Part shown: positions 51,901-63,738 of the stretch, one piece after another | Position numbering within the stretch: position 1 is the stretch's first letter | Layout of the letters: each line of letters opens with the position of its first letter | Source of the DNA: Balanoglossus misakiensis | Taxonomy: Eukaryota; Animalia; Hemichordata | Direction of reading: 5' to 3' | Length of the DNA stretch: 64,000 bases | Assembly (NCBI GenBank): GCA_040954595.2 | Contig: CM082578.2 | Coordinates: 5,748,831-5,812,830, forward strand | Position numbers and translations under genes: made by a program | Notes under the pieces: model-generated | The model's input: only the letters and a program-made list of their open reading frames with translations | The model's database searches: none | What the model was told of the DNA's origin: nothing

Positions 51901-54900
51901 ATCATATGTTGCATGGTGTTTAATCAGCATTTATCAATTTTAATGGTGACAACATCAAACATCTTTTTTAGGTTAACTTCTCGCTATGGCAGGTAATATG
52001 TTACACCTAACAGGGTAATTTGAGGAACAAAGTAGCACACCTAGTAATTAACAACTTGTCTCTCGGAATAAAATCAATGAAACCACTGACTGTAAATAAA
52101 CTGTTTTCTTGGTAACATATTCTTATTGCTAAAATTTATCATTTTTTCACGCCCCCAATTCCACGTCCTTTCAACATCAAATGCAGTATTTCACGCTGGT
52201 TACGACAACGGCAATTCAACGAGTGATTATTCGTCTGCAAATTATAGGTACCTCCTCTGGATAGAGTTGTGTTCGCTTTTTTTCGTGCCCGTATGCCAGC
52301 TTTATGTCGCACAGTCATCAATCATTGCATCAGGTATATCAAGATGATGTTATAAACTATACAAAATCATGGATGAGAATGCAAATGTGAATAAAAAATA
52401 TTTTGCATAAATAATTGAAACAAAAATTTTTCAAATTAAATATGTTGTCACATCGTGGATGACTGTGAAATTACTAATTTGTATTAAATTTTGTAAAATA
52501 ACGTTTTGCATGAAAATCAAGTCACCCAATATCCATAGAATCATGTTTTTCTTTCAGATACATGTACTTCTGTACAAAGCTTTATGCAACACAGGAGGGA
52601 AATATTGAAAACAGGTTAAATTTTTAACAGCTGGGCCCGCAGTAGCTTCTACTTATACAATATCGTCATTGATGGCACATACATGGAACGGTAACCATAG
52701 CAACCCATCAAGGGTGTCATGGAGTGCAGAGTCTTCCCTGTAAAATCTCGAAGCATATCTGTGGTTATATGTTCCGATTTGATGACTCACTAAAATTTGT
52801 GCATGAATAAAATATGGCACCACCACGCTATCAGGTTTAGTAGTATCCTTTAACCTATAAAACACAAATCGTATCACATAAGTACACGGTACTGTATATC
52901 TACGGGCAATAACAGTTTTTGTCAAAAGACGCCAGGATATGAGTTAGTCCCACGTCGACAAATTTGTGAAAGAAATACAAATTTGATTCGCACCGCGAAT
53001 GTTGACGAGTTTTACTTAACAGACTGCACCTATAGGACTTTGCAAAACAATTTATATTAATGGGGCCTGGTTAGGAGAGACGATCTCGGCAAAGCATCCC
53101 ATATACTCAAGTCACGATACTAGTAAGACTTCAAAGATCCTTTTATCGGGTAAAAACCTGTCTGTAATGGGAGAGTTGATTGTGCAGTGATACCTAATAT
53201 GATAACCGGACCGTTATCGTTTTAGATCTAATTTGGAGAGCGAATCGCCAACAACTTAACGGCGGTATACGTCATCTCTAATCCGTTTTATACACATACG
53301 GGATTATCAGCCTACTAATAGTGTATTGATTATTTTAAGATTTAGATAAATGCCCTAAAACCACAAGAGGACGGTTTACAACTATTGAACGTCTATTCGG
53401 TCGTTTTAAACCACACGTGAACTGAATTTACCTCTGGTGTGTGGAGAGTTGTGTTATATACTAGACAGTGTTTGTCCACAGACACATTGTACGGCAAGCT
53501 ATTTTGTTTAGCAGTCAATTCAAGCGTTACTTTGGCAGCATTTCAACATTTCAAAATAAAATTTTGAATTGTAGCCCTTATGGTACCAGTTCATCATGTG
53601 TACAAATTATCATTCAAATGTGTCGTGTGAATTAACTTCAATAACGTCATTAGGAGATCATTCAATGATATTCATCGAATGCGGTGCAGTGTTTCATGAC
53701 ACAACTTACGTACATCAACTACGAAAAGTAGCCATTTAGTAACAAGTACACGCCTAAATAAATCTCGATATAGATAGTTCCATCAAATTTACTGTATGAT
53801 ATGCCAATTAGCATTTCAGAGATAACACACTACCAATTAAGTGCGTTTCTCTCATTCATCTTTATTGCGTTACCATCTCGCCTTTATTTCTTATGCTGCA
53901 ACTGCCGGATGTAAGACTTGGGATTCTATTGTTAATATAATTAGACCAATATTCATTCCGGAGGTGGCTGTTCATTATATAAGAGTTGGCACTCAATGCC
54001 ATTGTTCAGACCATGCTAATTTCTTTCCACGACTGATCTCTTATAGTCATTACCAAATGCCATTCTTTTCAAACTGTCAGGTTTACTAGTAAACCGACAA
54101 TTTCTTTGGTTAGAAAGAGGCAGGTTTATTACGACTAAGCCGGAACCTAAGTTTGGCTGAGATTGGATTTATATGTACAAACTTTAGTGAAAACGGCACA
54201 GAGCGATGCTAGGAATTGAACCCACATCCAAGAGAATAAGGTGTCGACTATTCTCTTCTCTGTCCCTCCCTCCATCCCCCCCCCCCTTCTCTCTCTCTCT
54301 CTTTGTGTGTTACTCCACAGGTCCGCTGAATAGCCCACACAGATGTTATTTGAGTATTCATAACTCAAATGGACAAATGACACTTACTATATACTTTGTG
54401 GGGAGTTTAATACCCACGCGCATGCCACGATAATTGTGTACTCTTTCATCGATTAAAACTATATTCTAAAAGTGACAGCTCCTGGGGTTTAAACTTGTTC
54501 ATATATAAATGTATAGCCGCAATTAGCGGTTGATAACATGTTTGTGTATCAACTATATAAGAGTACACGAACGAGTATACGAGGAGGTTTATGAGCCTCA
54601 GAGTTTTACAGCAAGCGGTATTATTTAATACCAAATACCACCGAGTACGTGTTTGTTTACTATGATATACCACGAATTCGCCGAGTTTTGGGGCGTGTTT
54701 TTTACTCAAGTCAAAATCGAGGCCGGAATAAGGATAAGGAGAAGATTGAAGTATTTTATCGATAAAAACATGTGGTATAGAAGTGGCAGCCATGGGGGGG
54801 GGGGGGGGTTTGAGTCATCGAGTTGTTCCGCCATTTTGGTGAAAGAATCAACGAGAGGAGATTTGTTGGATGAACACCACTTTACGGGAACCTGTCATCA

Positions 54901-55627
54901 CTGCAAATTCTGCAAAAACAAGCCGGTTTGTACTCAAGCCATTCGGGTTTGCTGACAAGCCACCTCGTCATACTTGCCGAAACTTCGGTATTTCCACAAG
55001 CCGCTAAATTTTCTGGTGTGTGCCAGCAAGCCAGTCAATGTTAGAAAAATGGTTTGTAAATACGCCGCTGGACAACCTGTCTGGAATGGCTTATTATTAA
55101 GCCATTGAACAAAATCTCTGGTTTGCTCGCATACTTTAGTGATACTTATGTCTGGCTCGAATTTGTACCATATTTAACCTTGGCTGCATTTTAAGCCGTT
55201 GGAGTTAGTGGTCGCTTTTCAAACCATAAAAAGATGTAAGTATGGTTTGAAAACACGCCATGGAAAACTTTGCCGGGATGTGGTTCATATACACGCCACG
55301 CTGGGCACAATGTCTTGCGAAATACCCTGATTTGGCGCGCGAATGCAGGGTCAAAGGTTATTTATTACACAACTACAACGTTTTGACGCGAGAGAAGACG
55401 GTCCACGCGTGAGGAAGCCGATCGAACCACGTCGTTCCCTTTATAAAATTCGTTCAGCGATTTACAATGTACTCAACCTGTTCCTAAGGTAGAACCGAAA
55501 TACCATATGCGTGGATAATTACTTTGGCACCGAGCATCGTTATGGAAGGATGACATCTAATGACTTAGCAGTTGACCGCCAGCATCTACGAGACCGTAAC
55601 ATAGAACAATGCCGGTTGGGGTAAGTC

Positions 55628-56002
55628 TAGTCTGGTTCCCTGCCCCAATCCCACCGCTGGCTGCGCTACGCTAAAGGGAAAGGGGTCAGGTACGGCCCGA
55701 TTTCACACCCAGAAACCTGGGTGTGAAACAAGATGGATGCCTCCAATGTCCGTATGCCAGTCAAGATTCATCCAGGCAGTTTATTTTGTTTCGTTTGTTG
55801 TAAAGTTGGAAATCGAATGATAAACATTCATGGAGGTGAAGGAGAGAACGGGAAATGAGTATCTTACAACAACTTATCAATTTAACAACTTAATTTTCGT
55901 ATGTATTGACCAATGAGAGCCATGTTTACAATAGGCCGTGCCTGACCCTTTCCCTTTAGCGTAGCGCAGCCAGCGGTGGGATTGGGGCAGGGAACCAGAC
56001 TA
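55628..56002. mobile_element. Young MITE (375 bp) with ~70-bp TIRs and 9-bp TSD, nested in the EnSpm-like element
   Basis: TAGTCTGGTTCCCTGCCCCAATCCCACCGCTGGCTGCGCTACGCTAAAGGGAAAGGG... and its near-perfect reverse complement ending CCAGACTA. GGGTAAGTC is duplicated at 55619-55627 and 56003-56011. Confidence 0.93.
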
Positions 56003-56029
56003 GGGTAAGTCCTGCTTCCATTCCATTTT

Positions 56030-56572
56030 GTGACAGTAACTACATTTTTGCGAGCAGTGAAGATAATACAAAATTAACAGGCCCGAATCCTGTATATACT
56101 GACTTGATCATGTGTTGATGATAGCTGAAAAGCATGTGAGAAGAAGTAATGTCAAAAGTTTGACAGCATAAAGTAGGGAGTGGGGCCCCAAAGGAATTTC
56201 ATTATTCTTGCTATTTTCAGCCTCCATCCCCGTTCATTTTTGTTTATGCATTTTTGTGAGCGAAGACGATGCAAAGTATGTCACTATTAAAAGGCCTGAA
56301 TCCTTTATATACTGCATTGATCATGTGTGGATGGTTACAAAAAAGTCTGAGCAAATCAAAAGAATTGTTTTAATGCAGCTCCGGAGTGGGGCCCTATAGC
56401 GCCATAGCCGAGGAATTTCACCATGCTTGCTATTGGCAGCCTACATCCCCATTCATGTTTGTTTATGCACTTTTACTAGTCAAGATAATTCAAAATATGT
56501 ATTAATATCTATACTGTATTGATCATTTGTAGATCGAGAGATATTTCAAATATATGAAGCTTCGAGTGGGGC
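56030..56572. repeat. About 2.5-3 diverged copies of a ~200-220-bp unit
   Basis: Recurring tatatactg..ttgatcat.tgt, gagtggggc and aggaatttca...cttgctatt..cagcct.catcccc.ttcat.tttgtttatgca blocks. Confidence 0.7.
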
Positions 56573-56648
56573 TAGTGGCAGCGGAAGTCAACATTGGGGG
56601 GGGGGGGTAACTGCAATAAAATGTTGTTTTGTGTTCCAATACTATATC

Positions 56649-57224
56649 AATGGATACCCATAATATTTAAATCATTGGCTGAATAAATTTTTTTTGATAA
56701 ACCGTGATCTTGGACCACAGGATTATTTAACCCCTGCATGCCTGCGATTTGTAACAATAATGATTCCTACTTTAATTGAACCCCAGATATTTGCATAAGA
56801 ATGAAATAATGGATACCCATAATATTTAAATCATTGGCTGAATAATTTTTTTTTGATAAACCGTGATCTCGGACCACAGGATTATTTAACCCCTGCATGC
56901 CTGCGATTTGTAACAATAATGATTCCTACTTTAATTGAACCCCAGATATTTGCATAAGAATGAAATAATGGATACCCATAATATTTAAATCATTGGCTGA
57001 ATAATTTTTTTTTGATAAACCATGATCTCGGACCACAGGATTATTTAACCCCTGCATGCCTGCGATTTGTAACAATAATGATTTAAATCATTGGCTGAAT
57101 ATTTTTTTTTTGATAAACCATGATCTCGGACCACAGGATTATTTAACCCCTGCATGCCTGCGATTTGTAACAATAATGATTCCTACTTTAATTGAACCCC
57201 AGATATTTGCATAAGAATGAAATA
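56649..57224. repeat. 159-bp tandem repeat: four near-identical units with a deletion across the 3rd/4th junction
   Basis: AATGGATACCCATAAT starts at 56649, 56808 and 56967. The third unit jumps at ~57081 into ATTTAAATCATTGGC of the next unit. Confidence 0.95.
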
Positions 57225-57705
57225 AATGATCTTGGTTTTGCAGGAGTGGTGATACTGGTTATGGGAAGGAGCAGTTGTTATTTTATTAGGCACCACAAAA
57301 ATATGAAAAAGTCAACAAGTATCATTTATGTCGAAGCATACACGGTATGTATAATTAAGTAGATTTTGTTATTTTTTTAATATCCATTTTTGTCATCTAG
57401 TCATCTGTTTTCTTTACAGTTTAGTTTGTAGGGACTTCATTATAAAATACCAACCATGTGGTTATAATTTCAGTATTGCATTTGGGAAGAGATTTTACTA
57501 TTTATGCCTAAAAACTAATTTTAAAGGAACATGCCTATCTGTATTTATTAATATAGTCCAGCTATCATGTATGTAACATGTATTCAGTTATAGTCAAAGG
57601 AAACAATTCACTAAACTCTAGGTGCGAAATTTCATGCATTGCTCATTGAATCAATTTCATCTTGTTTGTTACATGCTGTGTATCTCATGGTTATGTTAGT
57701 GTTTC

Positions 57706-58730
57706 ATGGTTGCTGCCTATAACATTAGGATGGCACCATATCGTAGTGTTGTATCGGTCAGTCTCATGTTCTCATATGGTTGCTGCCTATAACAGTAGGA
57801 TGGCACCATATCGTAGTGTTGTATCGGTCAGTCTCATGTTCTCATATGGTTGCTGCCTATAACATTAGGATGGCACCATATCGTAGTGTTGTATCGGTCA
57901 GTCTCATGTTCTCATATGGTTGCTGCCTATAACATTAGGATGGCACCATATTGTAGTGTTGTATCGGTCAGTCTCATGTTCTCATATGGTTGCTGCCTAT
58001 AACAGTAGGATGGCACCATATTGTAGTGTTGTATCGGTCAGTCTCATTTTCTCATATGGTCGCTGCCTATAACATTAGGATGGCACCATATTGTAGTGTT
58101 GTATCGGTCAGTCTCATGTTCTCATATGGTTGCTGCCTATAACATTAGGATGGCACCATATTGTAGTGTTGTATCGGTCAGTCTCATGTTCTCATATGGT
58201 TGCTGCCTATAACAGTAGGATGGCACCATATCGTAGTGTTGTATCGGTCAGTCTCATGTTCTCATATGGTTGCTGCCTATAACATTAGGATGGCACCATA
58301 TTGTAGTGTTGTATCGGTCAGTCTCATGTTCTCATATGGTTGCTGCCTATAACATTAGGATGGCACCATATCGTAGTGTTGTATCGGTCAGTCTCATTTT
58401 CTCATATGGTCGCTGCCTATAACATTAGGATGGCACCATATCGTAGTGTTGTATCGGTCAGTCTCATGTTCTCATATGGTTGCTGCCTATAACATTAGGA
58501 TGGCACCATATCGTAGTGTTGTATCGGTCAGTCTCATTTTCTCATATGGTTGCTGCCTATAACATTAGGATGGCACCATATTGTAGTGTTGTATCGGTCA
58601 GTCTCATGTTCTCATATGGTTGCTGCCTATAACATTAGGATGGCACCATATCGTAGTGTTGTATCGGTCAGTCTCATTTTCTCATATGGTCGCTGCCTAT
58701 AACATTAGGATGGCACCATATCGTAGTGTT
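57706..58730. repeat. 70-bp minisatellite, 14 full units plus one partial
   Basis: Unit tgctgcctataacattaggatggcaccatatcgtagtgttgtatcggtcagtctcatgttctcatatggt starts at 57711 and recurs every 70 bp to 58691. Confidence 0.98.
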
Positions 58731-59416
58731 TTGTGGTATGTGTGTCAGTCTCATGGTCATTCCCCATTGATAAATAGAGAGACACTATCTTCTTTTGTTG
58801 AGTATGTCTCATACGAGTCATTGTCATATTTTCTTGTGTACATATGTGTTATGTGTTGTTTTCATGCTGGAAATTGTTTCTAATATACACTCATGTTAAT
58901 TTCTAACAAGATTGTTTTCTCTTTTTGTTTTTCACTATTTGAGAGTGTTTCCCATTGAAAGAAGACGAAGTTTCATAGTAAGGAAGAAGATACTCATGGC
59001 TACTGCCATGACTCCAATACTCAAATGCATATAAAGGAGGATTTAAAAGTATTTTTCCACACTTAATGGTGACTTTGAAATCTGTATTCATGTCAGTTTT
59101 GACAAACAGTAGATTCAAAAAATGAGGCATTTTTGATGGATTGAAATGATTTTCCCTAACCACTTGAACGGAAAATGAGATAAAAGTTTTATTGTATATA
59201 TCTTCCATCATTTATGGGGTTAATTCATTTGATTTACATAATACCATGTATTTACCGTTGTTCCTTTTTTCTTACATTGTCATTACAATAATAATGATTG
59301 ACCAAAAAAGATCTTTCTCGGTGTGCTTTTTTGACAGGTTAACATACCATTGACTGTGGAGTACTAAGATGCTGCACATTATGACACATGTTATGCTTCA
59401 AGACCAAGTTATTTAA

Positions 59417-59722
59417 GGGCATAGTAACTAACTTTGGGCTATTTTTTATGTATTTTTGTTCAGTGTATGGACTCCTTATTTCTGTTCTACTCCTTAAAGC
59501 ATGATTAACTGCCAAGGTTCAGGATCTCAACTTTGGCCTTTGCAAATGAGTTCAGGACTGGACTAAAATTATGTTTTTTGACAATTGCTGATTGTACAAT
59601 TATGGCACTGTATAGAATCTAGTAAATGGCATTGCATCATGCTTTGGTGAGTTGAACAAGAAACTGCAGTCACTTGAAAGAGCAAAAATGCTAAAAATGG
59701 CCCAAATTTATAACTATAGCTT
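59417..59722. mobile_element. Degenerate Kolobok-like MITE nested in the EnSpm-like element
   Basis: TTAA|gggcatagtaactaactttgggctattttt on the left and an imperfect inverted copy aaaaatggcccaaatttataactatagcttt on the right. Confidence 0.45.
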
Positions 59723-62264
59723 TTAGGTAAACAGAAGCAAAACATGCAATTCAAATTTTTGGCTTGCTTACAAACTGCATTCTGTGTAAGAATGGTTTGT
59801 ATACATGCCAAAGCCCAAGCAGAGTGGCTGATTTTTAAACCACTGCTCAAGCATTCTCAGTTTGTCAGCAAACCAGGAAATGCTAATTTTTGGTTTGCTG
59901 GCAAACTGAAGTGATTCATGTTTGGTTTGCTAGCACACCAGTTTTAAGTAGAAGTTGGCTTTCAGACAAGCCAATGTAAATTTTAAGGGTTTACGTACAA
60001 CCCCCTTGTATTATTCGACGGTTTGTTGGCAAGCCATTGTTTTAGAAAGTGGCTTACATGCAAGCCATCATAATATATTCATTGGTTTATATACAAACCC
60101 CTTAGATTTGTGATGGTTTGTTGACAAACCACTGGATAATGAATCGGTGTGTCTTCAAGCTCATTTGCTGAATAGAATGGCATGCCAGCAAGCCATATTT
60201 CATTACTATGGTTGGCCAACACACCACTCATTAAACTTGCTGTGGTCTATCAGCAAGCCGGTAAGTTATATAAAGCGGCAACTCAGCAAGCTAAATTCAA
60301 GCCAAAATCAAGCCAAATTTGAAGAAACGACAGAAGCCGATTTGCGACAAACAAGCCGGTTTGAATTTGGCTTGAATTTAGCTTGCAGGAAAGCCAGAAG
60401 AATTTGCAGTGATACTACATCACAAATCACCCCGAGCCGTTGTCATCGTGGAAATGAAGCTAGTTCGTAACCATCTACAGGGGTTTGAACTCCCGACCAA
60501 AATTGCCACATGCGGTTGGATCGTGCCTGCGGGTGTCGTTATTTAAACATATGGTAAATTCTGTAAATTACATAAACTATTCCGGTTTCACCTCTGACGG
60601 CGCCATTTTTCCTACATTTCTCTGACAGGCAGGAAACACATCCATTGCATAGTTTTTACTCATTCTATCTAGAGCAACCGCGGCGCCGTGGGTTATAAAG
60701 ACACAGTAGTTGATGCTTAAAGTAAAATAGGTTTATATATTCATACCCTATTAACCCCTTTCTAATAAAAGAAATAATGATAAGAATATCTGACATACTT
60801 GTAGCAAGTCTGGAGAAGTACCTTTCATCTGCCCAAGTATCTTTTGGTAAATGTTGTTTTCTAGAATAATTTGTATGGATTCTTTCGTTTCTTGCTGACG
60901 TTGACATTTAGACGGAATGGTTATACACCAATTATTCTTAGAATCATGTCTGTTTTGTTTGGCTAAACGCGTTTGATATTAATGTTAAACTGCCCCTCAG
61001 ACATACGCATATGTCACACTCATGGATTTCTGAGTGGTTTTGTATAACCGACAATATTCCCTGGGATTTTCAAGTCAATCACTTTGTCATATTGAAGGAC
61101 ATGTACAAAAAAGTGGCCAGATGGCATTCTGCCACTTGGGGTTATGGAAATCACGTTTAGGGGATTTTATGTAAAGGTGCTTGTGAATTTGTGAGTGAAC
61201 TTCGAGCATCAACAAGTTCAAGACGTCGTGCATAACGTTCCTCTTATTGTAAATGTAGGGTCCATAGCTGTCAGTCAGTGTCAGTCAGATAGCACTCTAC
61301 ACTGCCTTGTTGTGTAAAGAGACAGTTGATATGTGTGAGCATGTACAATGTTTGGATGCTGGAGAAGAGTATGCGTGCGTTAATTTCCGAAGGCCTTTTA
61401 AACAAATAAATGATCCGTCGTATACCGTGTATAGAAGCCTCTACTGGGTGTATAAAAACCCAGAAATAACCATTTTATTATCACCGTTTACACAATGGTC
61501 ATGATAAAGTAAGTTCTAAATTATTTTCCGGTAAATAGTTTAATTCTGTTGATGTTCGGACCAACGCAGGCCATTCAAGTTAAATCCTTTATAGAAATTT
61601 TACTCCGCTCTTCGTATATTTTGTTTGAAAATATACTTTTTGTAATAAAATGAAGATCCATAGAAAAAAAATAATCCAGGACTCACTCCACAAGCTTATA
61701 CAAATATCGGTCGCGTGACCTCTCCATAAACAATTAAAACTTATGGTAGACCAATATCTCAGTTTTTCAAAATCACGTTGCTCACGCGATATTAGTTAGA
61801 AAAATGATTCATTTGAAAAGGGACATATGTTTCCTTTCATGAATCCGATCCCAATGTGGTGTTAAAGCAAGATGTTGGTATATACAACAGCTGTGGGTGT
61901 ATTCTATCGCTTTTTCCCAAACTAGCCAACACAAAAACAATCGACCAAATGCCCACAGACACGCGATTATTGGACATGCCAGAAGTTTTGACGGGTAGAT
62001 TTATGTTGAAATCTGAAATACGTGCACGCAGCATGCCAGATGAGTGTGAAATTTTAATAGGCAAGCATAAATGCCTGGAAAAATATGTTCATGCACGACA
62101 CACTACCATTTACGACATTACATTTAATCTGTAGAATATATATTGGCATAATCGTCACGGAAATACATCTGCAGCGGATATATTCACCGCACGAAAAGTC
62201 AAATTTGTCATATTCTTTAGAAGGGGTCGTCGCGCCGCTTTTGTTTGTTTATAAGCATTACAAT

Positions 62265-63738
62265 TCATCCACAAATCCCTGAAATTAGATCATTCTTAGA
62301 ATGAACAAAGCAGCCAACCGTAGCATAGACTGGGCATGACAGCAACTGAAGATCTTTAGTAGGTCGTGGCGACTGCAGTGGGTTTCGCGCTGGTATGGGA
62401 GGACATATTCTCGACCCCTTCCCTTTAACCAACGAGACAGGGCAAACGAAGCACCACATGTTATCATGTGCGTCCATGTTGTATGGGAAACCATGTTACA
62501 GACACGGTACTTTGTAACTAGCCCTCTACCAATGTAAATATTTCAATGGCTGATCACATATCACGGAAAACAAGTCATCTACACTTTTTATCGGCTTCTC
62601 TGTGAAGGTCGACGATTCTCGCGTAACGTTTTTTCCCCCTGATGTCTTCAGTGAGAGCTTTGCCCTTGGAAATGTCATAACTGTGTACGCCCACCTGCGA
62701 TGTGAGTAAATCACTGGTACAGAAATGGCGGTAAAGACGTCTACTATAGAATTTATTTTCTGACAGTTGTGAGCGGGAAGTGTTCATCGCTGCCGTGGGA
62801 TTTGTTGCGATTATCACTGAGACAGTTTCCTCTGCCCCTTGTTTATACACATCCTTCAGTGACACAGGTGGCAGCGAGGAATGTGATAAGTTTATTTCCA
62901 AAGGCGTTGTGTAAGGTCTGATAAATTCTCGTGGTCGTATTTTGGAACAAGTTCAGACCGTGTGACGAGTTTTTCTCTGACTGAGAAAAGATGTTGCGGC
63001 GGTATAGAATTCAATTGTATTATAGTGTTGCCTTGGTGACACTTTAACAGCTGATTTGTACATTGTACATCTGCCCCGTTGTTTCGCTTTCCAGTTGTGT
63101 TTACTGTAGACAGTTCATTGTTTCTCGTGGTTTGGTTGCAATTGGGTAGGTGCGATGACGGGTGTAGCAACTGAACGTGGATTAGGTTAGGTCAAATAGG
63201 TTTTGGTCTCTTCAGTTTCTGTTGTTACTGTGGCTTTGGAAATTACACGTTGGTTGTCAGTCTGGGGGGATTCACCGGTCTTCATTCCGGTAATTGTGAG
63301 TCTCTTGTGTCATGTCATTCTGGTGTGCCTGCGGGGATTATTTTTGCGATTTCAGATGAATGGTGGTATGTTTTCGATAAAGTTCTATAGCTGCTGCAGA
63401 TCTTTACACTGTTCTTCTTAAATTCTGGGGGTTGTTCGAATTTCTTTAGAAATATAGTACGTGTGTGTTGGGAGGGGGGCATACAATATTTTTTTCTCGT
63501 TGCACCTCGGTTTTTGTCCATTTTTCTGCTTGCTTTTACCAGGTTCCCCAAAGATTCAATGGACGTCTTATTTTCCCTAAACACTTCCTCGTCGTCACGC
63601 GTGGGAGATGTTTGCTGATCATGACTGCTTGGGCCGGAGGGGCATACGTATGCTTCATTTGTGGACAATGGGTTTCGTGTTGACGGCTTGGTGATATTCT
63701 TTTTCACTGGACTGTCCCTTATGTTCCGGGTTTGGCTA
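62265..63738 (-). pseudogene. Decayed coding-like segment: S/T/K/E-rich region followed by a Cys/His/aromatic-rich C-terminal part; unidentified
   Basis: Five minus-strand ORFs tile ~1.45 kb, four of them in one frame. 62714-62265 reads through two isolated stops (KYLHW*RASYKVPCL*HGFPYNMDAHDNMWCFVCPVS). An acceptor-like TCTAG lies near 63738. Confidence 0.35.

Larger units (their letters stand above)
54899..60411. mobile_element. Non-autonomous EnSpm/CACTA (CMC superfamily)-type DNA transposon, 5513 bp
   Basis: Perfect 13-bp TIRs CACTGCAAATTCT (54899-54911) and AGAATTTGCAGTG (60399-60411), flanked by AT on both sides (54897-98, 60412-13). Dense subterminal CAAGCC/CAAACC/GGTTTG/GGCTTG motifs at ~54915-55290 and ~59760-60395. 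No transposase ORF. Confidence 0.85.

Noticed and set aside
57706-58730. CRISPR-like array
   Set aside because: Units are contiguous and near-identical with no unique spacers, there are no cas genes, and the context is eukaryotic.
60478-60525. tRNA gene or tRNA-SINE head (B-box-like GAGTTCAAACCC on the minus strand)
   Set aside because: No A box or cloverleaf could be built.
2894-62282. The many 60-160-aa ORFs in the supplied track
   Set aside because: Many start at TTG/GTG, none shows a recognisable domain, and they occur at a density expected for non-coding DNA. Prokaryote-style ORF calls do not apply here.
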